Notes under the pieces: generated by a model
Databases searched by the model: none
The model's input: the letters and a program-made list of their open reading frames with translations, nothing else
Told to the model about the DNA's origin: nothing
In this document: positions 56,918 through 64,000 of the stretch, in pieces
Numbering within the stretch: position 1 is the stretch's first letter
How the letters are laid out: the number at the start of each line of letters is the position of its first letter
NCBI GenBank assembly: GCA_043729515.1
Contig: JAYTLK010000259.1
Coordinates: 1,199-65,198, forward strand
Reading direction: 5' to 3'
DNA from: Herminiimonas sp.
GTDB lineage: Bacteria; Pseudomonadota; Gammaproteobacteria; Burkholderiales; Burkholderiaceae_D
DNA length: 64,000 bases
Made by a program: the position numbers and the translations under genes

Positions 56918-59554
56918 GTGCGTGCCGCAATCGTCGGCTTCGTTGCCGGCATCGGATTGCTGCAGACACGTGGCGTGCTGTGGCATCCCCTCTGGTCGGT
57001 TGCGCTCATGATGCTGGCCCTGGCCGGGCTCTGGTGCCGTGCCGGCTTGTCCAGCCGTGATGGCAATGACGATGGCCCAGGAATGCGGCGCGCGCGCGGT
57101 GGTGTACTGGCGACGCTGACATGCGTCTTCGATGGGCCGCAATGGGTGCGCATCTTCCTGCAGGTGTGTCTGGGCGGCGCGCTCGGTTTCGGTTGGGCAG
57201 GCATGACCGCCAGCCGCGCCCTGATGGACGCTCTGTCGCCTGATCTCGAAGGCAAGGATCTGGTCGTCATCGGCATCATCGACAGCTTGCCGACCCGGGC
57301 GATCGACGGCATTCGCTTCAATCTGCAAGTGGAATCGGCGCGGCAGGACGGCCGTACGGTCGCCGTGCCGGAACACATTGCGCTCGGCTGGTATGCCGAG
57401 CGCGGCAACCGCGGCGATCCGGCGACCGGGTCTCAGGTGCCGGCCTTGCCCGATCTTCAGCCCGGCGAGCGCTGGCGGCTTACCGTGCGCCTGCAGCGAC
57501 CGCACGGCACTGCCAATCCGGATGGTTTCGATTACGAAGTCTGGTTGCTGGAGCAGGGCGTGCGTGCGACCGGGCAAGTGCGCACGAAGCCGACTGCCGG
57601 CGCCGCCGACCGGCAGGCAGGCAACCCGGTCGCGGCGGCAGTCACCGCAGTCGCCGGCGGTGCCACCGGCACGGCTTCGGCGCCGGGCGCTGATATTGCC
57701 GCTGCACTAACGAATCATCGGCTGGACGGCTTCGTCCTTCGACCGGGCACTGCGGTCGAACGGGTGCGGTCGAAGATCCGTGAGCGAATCCTCGATGCGC
57801 TGCCCGGCAAGCCCTACGCAGGCACCATGGTGGCGCTGGTCATCGGTGACCAGCGGGCGATTCCACAGACCGACTGGACGATCTTCAATCGCACCGGCAT
57901 CGGCCATCTGGTCTCGATCTCCGGGCTGCACATCACGATGATCGCCGGGCTCTTTGCCAGCAGCATGCATTTCCTGTGGCGCCGCGCTTTCTTCACGCGC
58001 CTGGATCTGCCGCTCATCATGCCGGCACAAAAGGCGGCCGCGCTGATGGCTGCCGTGACGGCGCTGCTGTATGTGCTGCTGGCCGGTTTCGGCATCCCTG
58101 CGCAACGTACGCTCTACATGATCTGGGTGGTGGCAGCGGCACTCTGGTGCGCACGCATCGACAGCGTCTCACACGTGCTGTGCCTGGCGGCACTGGTGGT
58201 CACGGTGCTCGATCCGTGGGCGGTCTTGTGGCCGGGGTTCTGGCTGTCTTTCTGCGCCGTCGGCATCATTCTGTACGCATCCACCGGCCGTACGCGTGTG
58301 CTCGCTCCGATCGACGGCGCTGCCGGGCGCTGGCGCCGTTGTTGCGCGACCTTGCGCGACGCTGCGCATACCCAGTATGTCGTCACGCTCGGCCTGGTGC
58401 CGTTGACGATCCTGCTGTTCGGCCAGGTGTCGCTGATCGCGCCGCTTGCCAATGCGGTTGCCATTCCGCTGGTCAGCCTGCTGGTGGCGCCACTGGCGCT
58501 GGCAGGCGCGTTCCTGCCGGGACCGCTTTGCCCCATGCTTTTGTCGCTGGCGCATTGCCTGTTTGCGTTGTTGGCGACGCTGCTGACGTGGATGAGTCGA
58601 TGGGACAACGCGGTCTGGTCGACGCCGCTGCCTGCATTCTGGATGTTCGCCTGCGCGATGATCGGTGCACTCTGTTTGCTCGCACCGCGCGGATGGCCGG
58701 CGCGCTGGCTCGGCCTGGCGGGCTGGTTGCCGCTGTTGTGCAACGACGCCACGTTCCCGCAGCAGGGCACCTTCTCCGTGACCGCCTTCGACGTCGGCCA
58801 GGGCATGGCGCTGCTGATCGAAACCGGCACCCACCGCCTGCTGTACGACACCGGGCCGTTCCATTCCCCCGGCTCGGATGGCGCCAAGCGCGTCATCCTG
58901 CCGTATCTGAAGGCGCGCGGCATCGACCGCCTGGACGGCGTCGTCATCAGTCATAACGACAACGATCATTCCGGTGGTGCGCTGTCGCTGTTCGCCGCGA
59001 TCCCGGTCGGCTGGGTTGCCAGTTCGCTGGCAGCCGACTCACCCATCGTGGCGGCCGCGCCGGCGCACCGGCGTTGTGTCGCAGGCCAGCGCTGGCAGTG
59101 GGACGGCATCGATTTCGAGATGCTGCACCCCGGTGCCGCCAGTTACACCAGCACCAAGTGGAAACCGAATGCGCGCAGCTGCACTTTGAAAGTCTCGCGT
59201 GGCGCGCAGTCGATGCTGTTACCGGGCGATATCGAAGCGATCCAGGAAAGGGAGCTGGTAGGCAGCATCTCGGACAAGCTGCCATCGACCGTGCTGCTGG
59301 CGCCGCATCACGGCAGTGGCACCTCATCGACTGTGCCATTCCTGCAGGCGGTGAAGCCGCAGATCGCAATCTTCCAGGTCGGCCATCGCAATCGCTACCA
59401 TCATCCGAAACCGTCGGTGTTTGCCCGTTACGGGGAGATGGACATCGAACGCTTGCGCACCGATGAGGCGGGGGCGATTACCTTGCACTTTGGGGATGGT
59501 GTCAGTGCGACGCAATACCGGTTGATGCATCCGCGATACTGGTACGAAAGATAA
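56918..59554 (+). CDS. comEC: DNA internalization-related competence protein ComEC/Rec2
   Basis: Polytopic competence domain (GIGHLVSISGLHITMIAG) plus a C-terminal metallo-beta-lactamase domain (VISHNDNDHSGG ... APHHGS). 878 aa. GTG start. Confidence 0.9.
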   Translation: MRAAIVGFVAGIGLLQTRGVLWHPLWSVALMMLALAGLWCRAGLSSRDGNDDGPGMRRARGGVLATLTCVFDGPQWVRIFLQVCLGGALGFGWAGMTASRALMDALSPDLEGKDLVVIGIIDSLPTRAIDGIRFNLQVESARQDGRTVAVPEHIALGWYAERGNRGDPATGSQVPALPDLQPGERWRLTVRLQRPHGTANPDGFDYEVWLLEQGVRATGQVRTKPTAGAADRQAGNPVAAAVTAVAGGATGTASAPGADIAAALTNHRLDGFVLRPGTAVERVRSKIRERILDALPGKPYAGTMVALVIGDQRAIPQTDWTIFNRTGIGHLVSISGLHITMIAGLFASSMHFLWRRAFFTRLDLPLIMPAQKAAALMAAVTALLYVLLAGFGIPAQRTLYMIWVVAAALWCARIDSVSHVLCLAALVVTVLDPWAVLWPGFWLSFCAVGIILYASTGRTRVLAPIDGAAGRWRRCCATLRDAAHTQYVVTLGLVPLTILLFGQVSLIAPLANAVAIPLVSLLVAPLALAGAFLPGPLCPMLLSLAHCLFALLATLLTWMSRWDNAVWSTPLPAFWMFACAMIGALCLLAPRGWPARWLGLAGWLPLLCNDATFPQQGTFSVTAFDVGQGMALLIETGTHRLLYDTGPFHSPGSDGAKRVILPYLKARGIDRLDGVVISHNDNDHSGGALSLFAAIPVGWVASSLAADSPIVAAAPAHRRCVAGQRWQWDGIDFEMLHPGAASYTSTKWKPNARSCTLKVSRGAQSMLLPGDIEAIQERELVGSISDKLPSTVLLAPHHGSGTSSTVPFLQAVKPQIAIFQVGHRNRYHHPKPSVFARYGEMDIERLRTDEAGAITLHFGDGVSATQYRLMHPRYWYER

Positions 59555-59686
59555 GGCGGATGGCACCGCATCGGAAGAGTTAATTCTCCAAATTAAAGTC
59601 GACCCCGGAACAGCGGATGGCGACGATGGGGAGCGATTTTCAATCAACTTGCGCAAGCCCTGGTGCGACTACCCCCTATTGATCCC

Positions 59687-62600
59687 ATGCTTGTATTCAT
59701 TCGGCGGCGCTTTGCTCGTCTGCGTTCTTTTTTGCGTCCCGTGGCGATTGTCGTTGCCTTCACCGGATTCGCGCTGGTGTCAGGCTTGGATTGCCAAGCA
59801 GGCGAAATACCTTCAGCTCAGGCCATCGCAAACGATGCCAGCGATTGCGGCGTGAACATGAGTTGCGGCCCCCGGTCAGCTCAGCCAGCTACGCCTGCCG
59901 GGCCGGCTCAGTGTGGTCCCGCAACTGGCGGAGAGACCTGCACTGCCAACGAAGGTCCGGCCAGTCAGTCTGGCAATAGCGCCAACGTGGGCGCCGGTAA
60001 CCCGATCAACGTTATCAACGGAAACAAATATCAGCGGGAAGTCGATCTTCCTCCATTGCCTGGCGTGCTGGGACTGGAGATCGTGCGGCATTACAACAGC
60101 GCTTACAGTGCTGCGACCGCGCTGCCGGGAATTTTCGGCCGTGGCTGGAAATTGTCATATGACACCGAGTTGTACGCAATCGGCAACACGATCCAGATTT
60201 TGCAGGCCGATGGCCGGCGCGTCATTTTCAGCCGCGATCCGGCCAATCGCGCCATGTGCAGCACGCCTGATCCGGTCCACGGAAAGCTGCGCATTTCCGG
60301 TGCACAGTCCGGCAGATCCGAACGCTATACCTGGACCTGGCCCGACGGTCGAACGCTTGATTTCGATACGAACGGAAAACTCGTACAGATCGCCGTGCCG
60401 AGCGGGGAATTCGTCAGCTTGCTGCGCGATCCGAATGGGTTCTTGTTACAGGTCACCGATCCGCAGGGGCGGCAGCTGCGGCTACACTATCCGGATCGTC
60501 AATCCAGGGCATCGGCGCCTGTTTTTCGCGGTGTCGCGAGCATCGACAGCCCGGTCGGCAAGTTCGGCTACCGGTACGGCACTGACATGCCGCCAGGCGT
60601 CGTTGCAGGCAAGGCCAGTGGCCATGCCAATCTGGTCGGCGTCGATGTGCCTGGCAGTCACCCCAGCCGGGTATATCACTACGAAGATGGTCGCCGTCCG
60701 AACTTCTTGAGCGGCATCAGTCTGGTCGGCGTGGAAAACGGCACCCGGGTGACCCAGCGCATCGGCACATATCTCTACGACCTCAATGGCAGAGCCGTCC
60801 TGACCGTCTCTGGCATGCCTGCACGACTGCAAACGGATGAAACCGGCAAGCCCCGGCAACCGGCGCGCCTGGTTGAAGGAACTGGGGTCGGGCAAGTCAC
60901 GCTTGACTTCACGACTCCGGGATTGACCGTCCTGCACAACAGTCTGGGACAGGCCGTGACCTACCGCCATGCCGTGGTTGGCGGCGAATACCGGTTGCTC
61001 GAAGTCCGGGGTCCTGGATGCAACCGGTGTGGCGAAATGAATGTCCGGTATCGCCACGACCATCTCGGCCGCTTGGTCGAGGTGGTCAAGCTCGACCTGC
61101 GCGGTCAGCCGGTGTCGGCCATCCGCACCGAGCGCGATCGTCTCGGCAGGGTGGTTCAAAGCAGCATGATTCGGTATGCCGGCGGCAAAGTCCTTCCGCC
61201 GCAATTACAAACGCGCTATGAATACCGGGGTGAAGATGCGCAACCTGCTCTGATTGCGCAGCCCGGTGTGGTCTCAATGCGAGAGGCAACCGTTCGCATT
61301 CGCTACAACGAACGTGGTCAGACCGTGGCGGTGACCGAGTCGGGCTGGTCGCCGCCAATCCAGCCGCAAACCATACCCATTGCGATCGAACGCACCACGA
61401 CCTATCGTTACAGCATGATCGGCGGCCGCAGTCTGCTGCGCGAAATTGACGGCCCGCTGGCGAATGGCCCCGCTAACTCTCCCGCCGATTCCGACATCAC
61501 CGTGATCGACTACGACCCGCGCGGCAATTATCCGATCGGCGTCACGATGCCGGGCAATTTCACGCGCAGGATGCGCGAATTCACCGCGGCCGGATTTCCG
61601 GTGTTGGTCGAAAGCGCCGACGGGGTCAATCCGCCGCAGCGGACGCGGATCGAGCGCGATGTCTTCGGGCAGGTCACCAAATCGATCGCGATCCAGAACG
61701 CCAGATCCGCCGAGGATGGCGGCGACAACTGGCTTACACACGTTGCCAGGCAGTTCGGGATCATCGCCGCAGCTGAACCGGATCAGCGCATCACGTGCAT
61801 TGCGTACGATCCCTTCGCGCGGCAGAAACGACTGACCCGGCCGGATGGAACGTTCAGCGAGACTGAATATGACCAGAGCGGTCGCCCGGTTCGAACGCGC
61901 GACCAGGACGGCAACACGGTGACCAGGAGCTTGGACGAAGAAGGGCATCTGCTGACGACCCGGATGCAAAGCAATGTCTCCGGCGCCCATCTGGATGCCA
62001 CAACCCATTACCGGTATGACGAGCAGAACCTGCTCGCACGCACGACCGACCCTTCCGGCGCGGTCACGCACACTGCCTATGACCCGCAGACCGGGCTGGT
62101 TGCCAGCATCACGGATGTGCTTCAGCGGCAGGCCCGCTATCAATATGATGCTGCGGGACGTCTTGCCAACCTGCGGCAGAATGCGCAGTCGGTGCAATCG
62201 GCGTCGACCCGGTTCGACTACGTGGCGGACAAACCTGAGGTCGCCGCCATCACTGCCGCCAATGGCGCCGTTACTCGCATGGTCCGGGATGATTTTGGCC
62301 GTACGCGGGTAGTTGATAGTGCAGACAGCGGCCGCAAGATTTCCGATTACGATGTGGCAGACCGCGTTGTAACGAGCACCGATGCCAATGGAAACAGAAC
62401 GCGTTATACGTATGACATTTCTGATCGGCTGACTGGCAGGGTCACGACTGGCAACGCGTTTGACGGTAGCGCCGCGGTCGAAAGCGTGGTTTATCGGTAT
62501 CGTGGTCGATTGCTGACGGCTGTCGCCAATGGTAGCCAGAGCACCGGATATGCGCACGACGCGGATGGCAGGGTCGTCGAAAGGGTTGACATGATCCGCC

Positions 62601-64000
62601 CGGTAGTCGACTCCGCAGAGAAAGCGCGTGAGCCCATGGTCTTCACGACGCGCTATCGCTACGATGCCGCCGGGCGCATGGTAGCCGAGGTGTTCCCGGG
62701 CAACGATATTCTCAGACTGCGCTACGGTGCAAATGACTATCCGACTGACACTGAACTGGTCAGTGTCGATGGAAAATCGGTCTGGCCGTTGGCCAAGTCA
62801 ATTTTGAGGCATCCGTTTTTCGGGCTGCTTGGTTTCACTTACGGAAACCGGTTGCTGACGACGTTTTTGCATGACGATGCAACCGGCCGGTCAAACCGCC
62901 TGGCAGTCATACAAAATGGAACGAGTGACGACTCTGTCAGCAAGACCTCTTCCTTGCCAACATGGCTACCAAGCGCGTACGCCGGCAACTTGAAGGGTGA
63001 GCTTTCGGCGCGTAAATTTCCCCTGTCACCAATTTACATGCAAGAAATTGGTTACGACCCTGCCGGACGAATCACAAGCATTCTGCGTCAGGACTTGCGC
63101 AGTGATTCGCATGCAACCGAACGCTTTGAGTACGATGTGTTCGACCGTTTAGAAAAGGCAGTGACGACAAGTGAAAACGTCGTCTGGTCCTATGATGCTG
63201 CGGGCAATCGGCTAACCGCAATGTCGGGGACGCCGTCCACGAGTAGAACGAAACCAGTTCAATTGCTGCAGTACTGGCCCGGAAGCAATCGCCTTCAGAC
63301 AGTGACAACGGACGGCAAAGTGCGTTTCTACATCTACGACGGGAGCGGAAACCCTGTCCGCATCGGCAATCGCCGCTTGGTCTACAGCGTCAATACTAGG
63401 TTAAGCGAAATCTGGGAAGGGTCACGACTGATTTCCAGGTACAGCCATAACGCCCGAGGAGAGCGCGTTGCCAAGACGGTGTATGGAGCAGACGGGGTGG
63501 CGCACAACACCTACTACCTGTATGAGGAAAATCACCTTCATGCGGAAGTCGATGGCAAGGGAAGTATTACTGCAAGATACTTTTATTTGGCACATGTACC
63601 TATTGCGAAGTTTGAATACGGGCTGAACGAGCGATCACCTCCAACTGCTCGTGATGCAAAGAAATTTGCGTTTTCAATTAGCCTTTTCGATTGGTTCATG
63701 AAGGAAAAGACTTCGAATCGAGGTCGCCTGTACCCTATCCATACCGACCACCTCGGTACCCCTAGGCTGATGACTGACGCGAACCAAAATATCGTTTGGC
63801 AGGCATCCTATGCCACATTTGGTTCCGGGCTGGTGAAAACAAACTCGATTGCCATGAACCTACGTTATCCTGGGCAATATTTTGATGTCGAGACAGGACT
63901 CCACTACAACTACTTCAGGGATTATGATCCGAGTACGGGACGCTATGTCGAGAGTGATCCAATTGGGCTGGAAGGCGGAATCAATACCTATGGTTATGTC
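59687..64000 (+). CDS. Rhs/YD-repeat family protein, 3'-truncated by the window edge (polymorphic-toxin core)
   Basis: Not in the ORF track because no stop occurs in this frame before 64000. Hand translation from ATG 59687 gives MLVFIRRRFARLRSFLRPVAIVVAFTGFALVSGLDCQA..., then GNPINVINGNKYQREVDLPPLPGVLGLEIVRHYNS. It also gives CNRCGEMNVRYRHDHLGRLV and many YD repeats (YAHDADGRVVE, YDAAGNRLT, YIYDGSGNPV). The 3' end reads HTDHLGTPRLMTDANQNIVWQASY...YNYFRDYDPSTGRYVESDPIGLEGGINTYGYV at the window end. Confidence 0.9.
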   Translation, partial: MLVFIRRRFARLRSFLRPVAIVVAFTGFALVSGLDCQAGEIPSAQAIANDASDCGVNMSCGPRSAQPATPAGPAQCGPATGGETCTANEGPASQSGNSANVGAGNPINVINGNKYQREVDLPPLPGVLGLEIVRHYNSAYSAATALPGIFGRGWKLSYDTELYAIGNTIQILQADGRRVIFSRDPANRAMCSTPDPVHGKLRISGAQSGRSERYTWTWPDGRTLDFDTNGKLVQIAVPSGEFVSLLRDPNGFLLQVTDPQGRQLRLHYPDRQSRASAPVFRGVASIDSPVGKFGYRYGTDMPPGVVAGKASGHANLVGVDVPGSHPSRVYHYEDGRRPNFLSGISLVGVENGTRVTQRIGTYLYDLNGRAVLTVSGMPARLQTDETGKPRQPARLVEGTGVGQVTLDFTTPGLTVLHNSLGQAVTYRHAVVGGEYRLLEVRGPGCNRCGEMNVRYRHDHLGRLVEVVKLDLRGQPVSAIRTERDRLGRVVQSSMIRYAGGKVLPPQLQTRYEYRGEDAQPALIAQPGVVSMREATVRIRYNERGQTVAVTESGWSPPIQPQTIPIAIERTTTYRYSMIGGRSLLREIDGPLANGPANSPADSDITVIDYDPRGNYPIGVTMPGNFTRRMREFTAAGFPVLVESADGVNPPQRTRIERDVFGQVTKSIAIQNARSAEDGGDNWLTHVARQFGIIAAAEPDQRITCIAYDPFARQKRLTRPDGTFSETEYDQSGRPVRTRDQDGNTVTRSLDEEGHLLTTRMQSNVSGAHLDATTHYRYDEQNLLARTTDPSGAVTHTAYDPQTGLVASITDVLQRQARYQYDAAGRLANLRQNAQSVQSASTRFDYVADKPEVAAITAANGAVTRMVRDDFGRTRVVDSADSGRKISDYDVADRVVTSTDANGNRTRYTYDISDRLTGRVTTGNAFDGSAAVESVVYRYRGRLLTAVANGSQSTGYAHDADGRVVERVDMIRPVVDSAEKAREPMVFTTRYRYDAAGRMVAEVFPGNDILRLRYGANDYPTDTELVSVDGKSVWPLAKSILRHPFFGLLGFTYGNRLLTTFLHDDATGRSNRLAVIQNGTSDDSVSKTSSLPTWLPSAYAGNLKGELSARKFPLSPIYMQEIGYDPAGRITSILRQDLRSDSHATERFEYDVFDRLEKAVTTSENVVWSYDAAGNRLTAMSGTPSTSRTKPVQLLQYWPGSNRLQTVTTDGKVRFYIYDGSGNPVRIGNRRLVYSVNTRLSEIWEGSRLISRYSHNARGERVAKTVYGADGVAHNTYYLYEENHLHAEVDGKGSITARYFYLAHVPIAKFEYGLNERSPPTARDAKKFAFSISLFDWFMKEKTSNRGRLYPIHTDHLGTPRLMTDANQNIVWQASYATFGSGLVKTNSIAMNLRYPGQYFDVETGLHYNYFRDYDPSTGRYVESDPIGLEGGINTYGYV

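Noticed and set aside
59649-59855. 68-aa plus-strand ORF overlapping the rhs start in another frame
   Set aside because: Cys/Leu-rich out-of-frame overlap of the Rhs signal-peptide region. The ATG at 59687 opens the frame that continues into the Rhs core.
61274-62557. 427-aa minus-strand ORF inside the rhs region. It is the largest ORF the track shows there.
   Set aside because: It is antisense to the open Rhs reading frame. Its translation is Arg/Ile/Gly-rich with no motifs, while the plus frame gives canonical YD repeats throughout.
1-64000. Search for mobile elements, integrases, prophage genes, CRISPR-Cas, restriction-modification, toxin-antitoxin pairs or known defence-system genes
   Set aside because: None of the supported ORFs shows transposase, integrase, Cas, methyltransferase or endonuclease, or small TA-pair signatures. 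Apart from the Rhs gene, the window reads as core chromosome.

Overview
GC-rich proteobacterial chromosome segment. Gene content and synteny look betaproteobacterial (Burkholderiales-like), but that is inference only. I support about 58 protein-coding genes, almost all housekeeping or metabolic. In order they are: an Old Yellow Enzyme plus dienelactone hydrolase pair; dppABCDF; a GntR regulator with a DctPQM TRAP transporter and a complete malonate decarboxylase cluster (mdcA-C-D-E-G-B-H); several secreted Gly-rich proteins; rdgC; kynB-kynU sitting directly behind a LytS/LytTR two-component system; a secreted M1 aminopeptidase; a lower-GC patch with a phasin-like protein, a Crp-family regulator and a NarL-type two-component system; dctA; an AspC/TyrB aminotransferase; uvrB plus a UDG-fold protein; iscRSUA-hscBA-fdx; lysS; prfB (programmed +1 frameshift); a TAXI protein; recJ; lolCD; tatD; comEC. 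The last 4.3 kb is one large Rhs/YD-repeat gene that is missing from the supplied ORF track because its frame has no stop before the window ends. I recognised no rRNA, tRNA, CRISPR array, transposase or integrase. I do not see a convincing novel multi-gene system. The best candidates for follow-up are the Rhs polymorphic-toxin locus, which is truncated just before its toxin tip, and a UvrB-coupled UDG-like protein that lacks the canonical catalytic Asp. Smaller oddities are the hybrid mat/mdc malonate locus, the TCS-kynBU operon, in-frame simple-sequence repeats and AT-rich intergenic blocks. Start codons were chosen by hand and several are uncertain. Stop codons come from the ORF track or my own translation.
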